Shown piece after piece: positions 9,098 through 16,287 of a stretch of 56,662 bases of DNA. The number at the start of each line of letters is the position of its first letter. Position 1 is the first letter of the stretch. Origin of the DNA: Nanobdellota archaeon (lineage in GTDB: Archaea > Nanobdellota > Nanobdellia > Woesearchaeales > CG1-02-33-12); NCBI GenBank assembly GCA_018819345.1, contig JAHJQG010000040.1, positions 1 through 56,662 on the forward strand, written 5' to 3'. The translations under genes and the position numbers were made by a program. Below the pieces are notes generated by a model, which saw only the letters and a program-made list of their open reading frames with translations, was not told the origin of the DNA and did no database searches.

Positions 9098-10527
9098 TAT
9101 TTGCTCCTCCTTTTTACAGTGCCATTTACAGTGCCATTTACAGTGCCATTTACAGTATCATTTACAGTATCATCAAAGCAATAATATCCTCTTTTGGCTG
9201 AGCCAATGAATCTAATAATTTTTTTCTTTTTTAAATCAAGTAAATCTCTTTTAGCAGTCCTCAAAGAAATTTTAACTAACTTAACATATTCTTCAGTTGT
9301 AATCCTGCCCTTATGTTTAAGATAATCTATTGCTTTAATCTGCCTCCTATTTAATCTCTCTAAAATATCTTTTTCAATATCAATAAACGTCGGCTCTTTA
9401 ATCTTTGATTCAAAGATAATTTTAGTTTCAACGGGGTGCAATCTGTAATAAGGCTCTTTATTGCCCCATTTTTTACACAAATCTCTCATCATATAAATTC
9501 CAGAGCCATACTTCTCAATAAAGCCAACATCATAAATCAACTGGCAGAGAATTTCATTAACTGGCTTGTGCCTTGGGTTTTTTGGGGTAACCCCTTTTGG
9601 AAAGGTTCCTGGATTAATGATTTCTACCCTATTGTCAAATATAAATATCCTTACATCGCCGGTTTCAAAATAATTTCTATGTATCAGGGCATTGATTATT
9701 GCTTCTCGTAATGCCCTTATCGGATACTCAAACTTATCTTCTCTCCTAAAACTCCTTTCTGTTCTTGTCCCTAAAAGCCTTATGTTTTTTCTTATAAAAT
9801 CCTCAGCAGTACTTATCATCTCCCAAATTGTTCCCTCACAATTAGCAGTATCTAATGTTGGATGAATCACTTTTGTGCCTTTAAATCTGACAACTCTTAA
9901 CCCTGCATTAGGCAGGAATTTTTGAGGAAACTTTCCAAAAAATAAGATTCCAGCATTTGTTGGTTTGTTGTTATGCAATGCTTTGATGTTCTGCAGCAAC
10001 TTATTAGTTGAGATTTTTGTTTCTCTGGAGATATTTCTTGCCTTTTCTCTTTGCTTAAGATAGCATTTAACTTTCTCTTCGTCAATGTCTTCTAAACCTG
10101 CATATTCACAAACCTGCTCACCCCATTTTATTTTTCCAGTGTCTTTAGCAAACTCAATAACTTCTTCTGGTGATAAGGGCTTATCATGAGATGCAATTCT
10201 TTTATAAGCAATATTCCTGAAAGAATGCAAACTATCTAACTTTTTAATTTCTGCAATAAAAATATTCTTGCCTTCAGTTTCAACAGCTTCAATTTTAGGA
10301 TAAACAGATGGCTTGCAGGTATGTGCAATATTGGCAATTTCCCTTTCATGTTTTTTATCAATACCAATAATTTCCCCGCTATCACTTATCCCAACTAAAA
10401 CAATTCCATCATTTGTGTTAGCAAAGGAGCAGATAGATTTGCCTAAGCCATCATCTATCTTTGATTTAAACTCTACTTTCTGATTTTCTCCTTTTTCTAT
10501 CAATTTTTCAATCTCTTTCTCATTCAT
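9097..10527 (-). CDS. Schlafen-like AlbA_2 + HATPase_c_4 + C-terminal wHTH protein (COG2865-type putative regulator/ATP-binding protein)
   Basis: 476 aa. EFKSK...SFANTNDGIVLVGISDSGEIIGI (AlbA_2) and REAIINALIHRNY (HATPase_c_4), a wHTH tail and a TVNG repeat at the C-terminus. Confidence 0.85.
   Translation of the reverse strand: MNEKEIEKLIEKGENQKVEFKSKIDDGLGKSICSFANTNDGIVLVGISDSGEIIGIDKKHEREIANIAHTCKPSVYPKIEAVETEGKNIFIAEIKKLDSLHSFRNIAYKRIASHDKPLSPEEVIEFAKDTGKIKWGEQVCEYAGLEDIDEEKVKCYLKQREKARNISRETKISTNKLLQNIKALHNNKPTNAGILFFGKFPQKFLPNAGLRVVRFKGTKVIHPTLDTANCEGTIWEMISTAEDFIRKNIRLLGTRTERSFRREDKFEYPIRALREAIINALIHRNYFETGDVRIFIFDNRVEIINPGTFPKGVTPKNPRHKPVNEILCQLIYDVGFIEKYGSGIYMMRDLCKKWGNKEPYYRLHPVETKIIFESKIKEPTFIDIEKDILERLNRRQIKAIDYLKHKGRITTEEYVKLVKISLRTAKRDLLDLKKKKIIRFIGSAKRGYYCFDDTVNDTVNGTVNGTVNGTVKRRSK
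9116..9173. repeat. 12-nt coding minisatellite (acagtgccattt, about 4.8 units) encoding DTVN/GTVN repeats
   Basis: Read directly. Units at 9116, 9128, 9140, 9152 and 9164. Only 2 units are present in the paralogous copy at 16202-16225. Confidence 0.9.
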
Positions 10528-10625
10528 TTTATCGCTTCTGCTTCGCCCCTGATTTGGAGGTTTGAGCCATTAAAGCTTATTGTTTGATTGGCATTGTTAT
10601 CTTAATGAATAATGTTTTTGTAATT

Positions 10626-10725
10626 AGTTTATACAAACACAGGGCTTTTTTATGCTTTGCCTGGTTTTTTCATTGGTTTTTTTAGAATTAGCGAATGAAT
10701 TCCGGAAAATAAGGCAATCAATTAG
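10626..10725. repeat. intergenic repeat family R1, copy a
   Basis: Aligns with 13754-13857 and 17730-17816. Carries the internal inverted repeat ttgcctgrtttt / aaaataaggcaa around a gaattccggaa palindrome. Confidence 0.8.
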
Positions 10726-10783
10726 AAAAAAAATTAAGGCAACTTAACATATCTGCAAGATTCTTAAAGTGTTATTTAATTAA
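10726..10783. repeat. intergenic repeat family R3, copy a
   Basis: aaaaaaattaaggcaacttaacatatctgcaagattcttaaagtg..tttaattaa recurs at 12588-12644. On the minus strand it reads as hairpin TTAAG-TTGC-CTTAA followed by a T7 run (terminator-like). Confidence 0.8.
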
Positions 10784-10858
10784 TTTACAGCGTTAAAAAA
10801 TAAGACTAATAAACTCTTTATTTTTACCATGCTAAATAATAGCTAATCCATACTATTT

Positions 10859-10921
10859 ATTTGAATGAATAGCTCAAATAACCGAAAGATTTATATATTT
10901 ATTTGAATAAATAGTTCAAAT
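10859..10921 (+). promoter_or_regulatory. promoter of the AbiE-like operon: BRE/TATA (cgaaagatttatata, TATA 10890-10897) flanked by two 21-bp inverted repeats
   Basis: ATTTGA-N9-TCAAAT occurs at 10859-10879 and 10901-10921. The second copy abuts the ATG at 10922. TATA-to-ATG spacing suggests a leaderless mRNA. Confidence 0.55.
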
Positions 10922-11656
10922 ATGTGGATTCCAAGATGGCTATGGGAAAGGTATAGGGAATTAAGGCTAAAGATAGGCCTTAATAACAGCTTCAGCTTTA
11001 AACAGGCAAAAGAGATATTCAGCTATAACAGGAATGAGATGATTTACAAGACATTAAATGAGTTGGAAAGACTAAATATAATCAATGTTGAAAGATCCAA
11101 AAATGATAAAAGAGTAAAAAGATATAAAATAGTCCTGGAATTAAAAGACATTCCATATGCAGATATTACAATTCCAACAAATAAGCAACAAGAACCCCAT
11201 GGTTTCCTTTCTTCAACTGGCTCTGCAGCTATTTTTGGAACAACATCTGCAAAACCCAGTGCTGCTTTTCATAGGATGTATAGTAAAGAGGGGAAACAAC
11301 AAATTACTATAGCCAAAAAGCCAGCAGCCAAAACAATTGAAGAGTATCTTGTTGAGAACATAAAAAGCTATAAATCTGCTGAGTCAATATTAGCTATAGT
11401 AAAAAAAGAAAAAATTGATTTCAGGAAAGTAATAAGAAACCTGAACTCATTCCAAAGAAGGTATTTAGGGGCATTATTGGAAATACTAAACAAAAAGGAA
11501 TTAGTAGAAGAATTGTATAATCTAACCAAAAATGATAACAGGAAATTCTCCATATTCCCAAAACAAATAAAAAAGGTTCCAGAAAAATATAAAAAGATAG
11601 CAAAGAAATGGAGAATTAATCTTAATATTGATGTGGTGAATATAGATGAACTATGA
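10922..11656 (+). CDS. AbiEi-like antitoxin/transcriptional regulator candidate (N-terminal wHTH)
   Basis: 244 aa. The N-terminal segment FKQAKEIF...YKTLNELERLNIINVER..KRVKRYKIV looks like a wHTH. Overlaps the downstream NTase gene by 11 nt. Confidence 0.45.
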   Translation: MWIPRWLWERYRELRLKIGLNNSFSFKQAKEIFSYNRNEMIYKTLNELERLNIINVERSKNDKRVKRYKIVLELKDIPYADITIPTNKQQEPHGFLSSTGSAAIFGTTSAKPSAAFHRMYSKEGKQQITIAKKPAAKTIEEYLVENIKSYKSAESILAIVKKEKIDFRKVIRNLNSFQRRYLGALLEILNKKELVEELYNLTKNDNRKFSIFPKQIKKVPEKYKKIAKKWRINLNIDVVNIDEL

Positions 11657-12335
11657 GGAAACTGAAAAACAGTCCTTAGAGCTAACAGATGATTTATGTA
11701 ATAATATACTCAGCAAGATAAGCCACTTTGTTATAGGCGGGTGGGCAGTTACAGCTTACAGCGGCAATATTAGGTTTACTGCTGATGTTGACCTCATAAC
11801 AAAGCCATTAACAACAATGCCTGTTATAAAGGCATTTAATAAGGATTGGGATACAAAAAAAGTATTTTATGGTGTTCAGGCTAAACATAGAAAAACAGGT
11901 ATACAGGTTCACATAAATACAATCAGTAATATGCTTGACAGGACAACTAATACAAAAATACCTGTTCCCAGTGAATTATTTGAGAATATATGCAAAGCAA
12001 GGATTAATGGAATTTATTGCAAAAACACAATTGAGATTCCCATTTGTCCCTTTAATTATCTGCTTACATTGAAAGCAATCCCAAATAGGGTAAGGGATGA
12101 TTTTGATTTTATTCTATTATGGCTAAATAAAAATTATTCAATTGAGGAATTCAAGAAATATCTGAATAAATGCAATAATATTAAGCCTTTTTTTGATAAG
12201 TGCAGAAGAATTTCAGATAAAAATTATTTTTATTCCTTACCTAAAAAGCTTATTACCAATCAGAGATTTGATTTAATAAAATATAATGTAATAACTAAAA
12301 AGATTGATGAAATAAAAGCTATGTGTAAAAGCTAA
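11646..12335 (+). CDS. AbiEii/DUF1814-like nucleotidyltransferase (type IV toxin candidate)
   Basis: 229 aa. VIGGWAVTAYSGNIRFTADVDL matches the GG.A...Y...R.T.D.D NTase signature. Confidence 0.55.
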   Translation: MNYEETEKQSLELTDDLCNNILSKISHFVIGGWAVTAYSGNIRFTADVDLITKPLTTMPVIKAFNKDWDTKKVFYGVQAKHRKTGIQVHINTISNMLDRTTNTKIPVPSELFENICKARINGIYCKNTIEIPICPFNYLLTLKAIPNRVRDDFDFILLWLNKNYSIEEFKKYLNKCNNIKPFFDKCRRISDKNYFYSLPKKLITNQRFDLIKYNVITKKIDEIKAMCKS

Positions 12336-12429
12336 TGAGTTTTCTCAAGAATCCTGTCTGTTATAACAATAAAAACCAAAACCATTACTAATTCTAAGCT
12401 GGTGGGAAAATAAATAATTTCTCGACGAG

Positions 12430-12512
12430 AAAATCAAAATAAAAAAAATCACTATCAACTGGTTATGCTTAAAGGTTTTTAAGGAAAAACCTGTTTTAAC
12501 AACTTTTAGGCA
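12430..12512. repeat. intergenic repeat family R2, copy a
   Basis: aataaaaaaaatcact..ctggttatgcttaaaggtttttaaggaaaaacctgttttaacaacttttag. Copies at 13858-13940 and 14642-14730. Contains the hairpin aggttttt-aagg-aaaaacct. Confidence 0.8.
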
Positions 12513-12587
12513 AGAAAAATACCGAAGTGAAGCATAGGCACAGTATGACGCAGGGCACTCTTTATTAAGTGCGAAGCAGAATAAAAG

Positions 12588-12644
12588 AAAAAAATTAAGG
12601 CAACTTAACATATCTGCAAGATTCTTAAAGTGCTGTTTAATTAA
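12588..12644. repeat. intergenic repeat family R3, copy b (overlaps the stop codon of 12641-13258)
   Basis: Near-identical to 10726-10783. Confidence 0.8.
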
Positions 12645-13258
12645 CCTGCCTCATTAAAGTAAACATCCTGTTTTGTATAATTTACATTGAGCTTATTGAG
12701 GAAACCAATCATATCATTCTCCCTGTTTTTTGGTATAGCAAGCATTCCATCCCCTAATCTTCTCCCGCCAAGTGCTTCTACTGCACCCTTTTTTATGTAT
12801 ATCTTGCTGCCTACTTTTTGCTTATATCCATAAAGCCTTCTCCATACCCTCAGCCTTGTCTTTTGGTGCAGCTTCTTCATTGAAATAGCAAATGAAATGA
12901 AATGCTTTAGGTTTTCTGGCAGCTTTTCATATTTGCCATATAAAGTTATGCCATTGTCTAGAATACTTTCTCTCAAGCTAGGCCAATCCTTAAGCTTTCC
13001 TATCTTGAGTGAAATCTGATTCTCTGTTCCTAAATCCAAATATTTTTCATGCTCTTTTGATTTTTTAAACAATTTGAGGGTTTCCTCTATTTTTTTCTCA
13101 CTTTCTTCTGTTTCTATAAATAAATCAATATCACTCTCATTATCATAATCCCCTCTTGCAACTGAGCCAAACAGCACAACAGCATTCACATTCTGTATTC
13201 TCCTTAAGAGAAAAGATGTGAAAGCAAGTGCATATGATATAATCTCATTTCTCTTCAT
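12641..13258 (-). CDS. MNT-type nucleotidyltransferase with an uncharacterised ~95-aa C-terminal extension
   Basis: 205 aa. LFGSVARGDYDNESDIDLFIE. Paralog at 17839-18459 has the same architecture. Overlaps the upstream HEPN-like gene by 14 nt. Confidence 0.7.
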   Translation of the reverse strand: MKRNEIISYALAFTSFLLRRIQNVNAVVLFGSVARGDYDNESDIDLFIETEESEKKIEETLKLFKKSKEHEKYLDLGTENQISLKIGKLKDWPSLRESILDNGITLYGKYEKLPENLKHFISFAISMKKLHQKTRLRVWRRLYGYKQKVGSKIYIKKGAVEALGGRRLGDGMLAIPKNRENDMIGFLNKLNVNYTKQDVYFNEAG

Positions 13259-13646
13259 TTTTCATCACCTTATTTACATCCTCTTCAATATTCTGAAGAA
13301 GCTTTACAGCTTTCAATACCTCTGCTTTATCTTTTTTTGAGCCATAACTAAGTTTTTCGCAGGTTTTTTCCAATTCTATAATCTTCTCTAATATTGGCGC
13401 TTTATGGGGAAATGCCGGAAGCTTGCCACTAACCTTCTTGCTTTTAAACCATCTGTGGTTAAGCTGCATTCCTGGACCAATTCTTTTTGTTTTCTGAAGA
13501 TATATTGCCAGGATATCAAGAGCAGCCCTTGATGCATGCAGACCTATTATGCGCTGGCTGTTTTCTATTCCCTTAACTTCAAGCGCCCAGTCAAATATAG
13601 CTTCTTTATGCTACTTTAGTGATTCTTCATGCTCTTCAGTTTTCAT
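13245..13646 (-). pseudogene. HEPN-like four-helix protein interrupted by an in-frame TAG at codon 12 (13611-13613)
   Basis: Translation MKTEEHEESLK*HKEAIFDWALEVKGIENSQRIIGLHASRAALDILAIYLQKTKRIGPGMQLNHRWFKSKK... is colinear with the intact 132-aa paralog at 18443-18841. The ORF track shows only the last 74 aa. Confidence 0.6.
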
Positions 13647-13664
13647 AATATTTGCCTGTCTTTT

Positions 13665-13729
13665 ATGATATCTTATATCATATTTTTCTAATACTATATA
13701 TCATATGATATTTAGTATATAAATGTTTT
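13665..13729 (-). promoter_or_regulatory. promoter core aaaacatttatata (13716-13729, minus sense) plus two palindromes built on the half-site ATGATAT
   Basis: atgatat-ctt-atatcat at 13665-13681 and atatcatatgatat at 13698-13711, both between the TATA and the ATG at 13646. Confidence 0.5.
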
Positions 13730-13753
13730 GATATTTAGCCATCTTAGTGAATT

Positions 13754-13857
13754 AGCTTATACAAACATAGGGCTTTTTTATTCTTTGCCTGATTTTTTTA
13801 TGGGTTTTTTTAGAATTAATAAATGAATTCCGGAAAATAAGGCAATTAATCTTAAGA
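13754..13857. repeat. intergenic repeat family R1, copy b
   Basis: Aligns with 10626-10725. Confidence 0.8.
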
Positions 13858-13940
13858 AATCACAATAAAAAAATCACTGTTGGTTATGCTTAAAGATTTT
13901 TAAGGAAAAACCTGTTTTAGCAACTTTTAGAAAACAAAAT
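13858..13940. repeat. intergenic repeat family R2, copy b
   Basis: Aligns with 12430-12512 and 14642-14730. Confidence 0.8.
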
Positions 13941-14014
13941 ATTTTTTTATTGGATTCAAAATTAGTTGCACACAAATTGCTTGCAAATTGTCTTTAAGAA
14001 ATATTAGCTAAATC

Positions 14015-14560
14015 CTACTTTAAACAGGATATATCCAAGCCCCCTTCTTCGAGGCATATTATCATATTATTTTCAATTTTATAAGAACTTATATCAGGAT
14101 TATCCACTTTTGCCTTGCAGCATAAATTATTTGCAAGGTTTTCTGCAAGAAGGTCATATTGAAGCTCCAAATAATCTATTTCTTCTTGTTTTTCATTTCT
14201 TAGTTTGTCCAGCTCTTCATTTTTTTGGTCTAAATCCGCTCTCAATAAACTAAAATTTGTTTTCAGTGCATTTAATTCACTGTTGCACTCAGAAAATTTA
14301 TCTGAGTATTTCTCTAATTCAGTCAAAAGCTCTTTATTGAATGCGCTGCAGGATGACAGGTTTGTGTCAGAGACCAGAAGTTTTGTTTTCAAGTCCTGTA
14401 TGTCTTCTCCGTAATCTTCCACAGAATAATTTGATTCTTTTACCTGTTTGTATATAGTATAACCTATTATTCCCGGTCTTATTATGAATATTAACAGTAT
14501 TATAGCAATAACTATTATTAATGCAAGAATAATATTTCTTTTAAGTTTTTCTTCAACCAT
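14015..14560 (-). CDS. membrane-anchored coiled-coil protein with a Cys-rich C-terminus, function unknown
   Basis: 181 aa. One N-terminal TM (IILALIIVIAIILLIFII), a heptad-like E/K/L-rich middle and seven cysteines (five in the C-terminal half). Flanked by R2 copies b and c. Confidence 0.5.
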   Translation of the reverse strand: MVEEKLKRNIILALIIVIAIILLIFIIRPGIIGYTIYKQVKESNYSVEDYGEDIQDLKTKLLVSDTNLSSCSAFNKELLTELEKYSDKFSECNSELNALKTNFSLLRADLDQKNEELDKLRNEKQEEIDYLELQYDLLAENLANNLCCKAKVDNPDISSYKIENNMIICLEEGGLDISCLK

Positions 14561-14641
14561 ACAGACTTTAAATTAGATGTCTAATTTTTTAAATCTTTCT
14601 ATTTCTGGGATTTTTACATTAATAATAAATTTCCCGTCAAT

Positions 14642-14730
14642 AAAATCAGAATAAAAAAAATCACTACTAACTGGTTATGCTTATATATTTTTAAAGGAAA
14701 ATCTGTTTTAACAACTTTTAGAAAACAAAA
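14642..14730. repeat. intergenic repeat family R2, copy c
   Basis: Aligns with copies a and b; the hairpin arm is partly degraded. Confidence 0.75.
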
Positions 14731-14886
14731 CAGCACAAAACAAACCAATTCTTTACGCTAAAATTATTTTATGTGCAGTTATTTTAAGATTAGAATAAGA
14801 ATAATTTAAGATAAGAATAAGCATAAAATAAAAATAAAAAAATAGAGGCAGAAAATGAAAGAAGGAATGATAAAGCAAAAAAAAGA

Positions 14887-15597
14887 TTAAGAGCATCTCT
14901 CTGATATTCTCTTCATCCCTTCCGGCATAAGCTCCTCAAGTTCTATACCCTTTGCTAAGTATGGTTTGACATTGTGCATCGCACCTATGATAAGTAAGCC
15001 AGTTTCTTCTTCTTTTAATGATTTGTTTATGTTATCTGCGATTGCCATGTCTCTTTTTTCCCCTCTTTCAGCTTGTTCTGATTGTTGCTTCGCAATTTTA
15101 ACTGTTAGCTCTTTTATCTCTTCCTCCTCTTTCGGGTTGTACTTCTTCCCCTTGCTTAACTCTTCTTTAACCTTAATGAGTTTGACATAATTTTGAAAGA
15201 ATGTTGCTTCTTCCAATACTAGTTTTGGGTCTTCTGTTTGTTTTATTTCCGATCCTTTCTTTGCTAAGTTTAATACTAGTTCATAGCTTCTGCTTCCAGC
15301 TGATACTTTCTCTTCCAGATCGTTCAGGAATTGGTCGTAAATTTCTGGTTTTGTTTTTGCAACAGTTGCCCAGTCAATAGCCCCGCCATCCTGGTATATT
15401 TTATCAACTTTTTCTTTTTCAAACTTCTTTCCTAATAAATCATAAAAATTGTTTATCACTTTTTCAAGTTTCTTAATTCCTTCGCTTCCGTAAGCCTTTT
15501 TCTCGATGTTTTTTATGTCGTCTGCTGATATGCCTAAGGTTTTGTTTTCAAGGTCTGTACTAAGGTGTATGTCGTATACGCAAAATAGTTTTCTCAT
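14887..15597 (-). CDS. hypothetical protein, possible Tiki/TraB/ChaN-superfamily fold
   Basis: 236 aa. N-terminal VYDIHLS and C-terminal ERGEKRDMAIADNI...GLLIIGAMHNV resemble the GxxH ... R(D/E)xxM ... GxxH pattern. Weak, from memory only. Confidence 0.35.
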   Translation of the reverse strand: MRKLFCVYDIHLSTDLENKTLGISADDIKNIEKKAYGSEGIKKLEKVINNFYDLLGKKFEKEKVDKIYQDGGAIDWATVAKTKPEIYDQFLNDLEEKVSAGSRSYELVLNLAKKGSEIKQTEDPKLVLEEATFFQNYVKLIKVKEELSKGKKYNPKEEEEIKELTVKIAKQQSEQAERGEKRDMAIADNINKSLKEEETGLLIIGAMHNVKPYLAKGIELEELMPEGMKRISERCS

Positions 15598-15716
15598 TTT
15601 TTGTTCCCTCTATCTTAATCAATAATAATACCATTATTTTTGTTATAATTGTATTTCTATAATTATTTTTTCAAAACTGAGATTGAATAAAATGTTAAGT
15701 GCTATATAAAGTAAAA

Positions 15717-15744
15717 GGTTTTCGCAAGCATTTCTGTGCATAAT
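15717..15744. repeat. 28-nt exact repeat ggttttcgcaagcatttctgtgcataat (second copy at 24485-24512)
   Basis: Read directly. On the minus strand it supplies gcgaaaacc (BRE-like) just upstream of a tttatata box, ahead of 14887-15597. Confidence 0.85.
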
Positions 15745-15747
15745 TTT

Positions 15748-16074
15748 TCATTTGCCTATTACCTCCCAATGCCCACTTTTAGTTGGACCTTTCCATTCAA
15801 CAACTCCTTTCTTCCTTAATTGTTTAATATGATATTTCACCCCATCTATAGTAATACCCAATTGTTTTGCAAGTTCCTCTTTCGTAATTTTTGGGTTTTT
15901 CCTAACTAAAATAAGGATACTCTCACCAGTTTTAAGGGTAGTTTTCCCCACAGTTTTCTCCACAGTTTTCTCACTAATTTGAGAGTAAACAACTGCTTTA
16001 GTTTCAACAGGATGGAATCTGTAATAAGGCTCTTTATTGCCTAATTGGTTGCCTAATTGGTTACTTAAAAACAT
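15748..16074 (-). CDS. orphan C-terminal cassette ORF: end of a HATPase_c_4 domain plus a complete wHTH
   Basis: 108 aa. MFLSNQLGNQLGNKEPYYRFHPVETK..., then ILILVRKNPKITKEELAKQLGITIDGVKYHIKQLRKKGVVEWKG. Its 5' end lies inside junction repeat R4-B. Confidence 0.5.
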   Translation of the reverse strand: MFLSNQLGNQLGNKEPYYRFHPVETKAVVYSQISEKTVEKTVGKTTLKTGESILILVRKNPKITKEELAKQLGITIDGVKYHIKQLRKKGVVEWKGPTKSGHWEVIGK

Positions 16075-16223
16075 AATATACCGACCTCCCTTTACCTTTT
16101 CTTACCAAAATATTTTCTTTTACAAGCTGGTTTAATTCCATTAAAGATATTCTCTTTGAGATAGAATTTATTTTTCCATGTATCATTTGCTCCTCCTTTT
16201 TACAGTATCATTTACAGTGCCAT
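15997..16223. repeat. junction repeat R4, copy B
   Basis: See 8923-9173. Relative to copy A it carries an extra gcctaattggtt unit and only 2 minisatellite units. Confidence 0.85.
16061..16186 (-). CDS. 41-aa ORF, paralog of 8975-9097 (wHTH recognition helix and wing fragment)
   Basis: MIHGKINSISKRISLMELNQLVKENILVRKGKGRSVYYVFK. Its ATG overlaps the TGA of the remnant tail (ATGA). Confidence 0.3.
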   Translation of the reverse strand: MIHGKINSISKRISLMELNQLVKENILVRKGKGRSVYYVFK

Positions 16224-16287
16224 CTAGACAGTAATAACCTGTTTTTGGCGGACCAACAAACCGAATTATTTTACTTTTGACTTTCTG
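16183..16287 (-). pseudogene. remnant of a COG2865-gene C-terminal tail, in frame with 16288-17691 directly after its TGA
   Basis: QKVKSKIIRFVGPPKTGYYCLDGTVNDTVKRRSK* parallels KKIIRFIGSAKRGYYCFDDTVND...KRRSK* of gene 9097-10527. Confidence 0.55.

Larger units (their letters stand above)
8923..9173. repeat. junction repeat R4, copy A (second copy at 15997-16223)
   Basis: Manual alignment is gap-free apart from one 12-nt duplication and a copy-number difference in the 12-nt minisatellite. I counted 8 substitutions over about 200 aligned nt. Confidence 0.85.

Noticed and set aside
9116-9173. Possible CRISPR array or other non-coding repeat array
   Set aside because: The units are 12 nt with no spacers, lie inside an ORF and translate to TVNG repeats. 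This is a coding minisatellite. No CRISPR-like repeat-spacer structure was seen anywhere in the window.
12345-12611. 88-aa minus-strand ORF from the track
   Set aside because: It lies entirely within the R2a/R3b repeat-bearing intergenic region and has no start context. Its sequence is dictated by the repeats.
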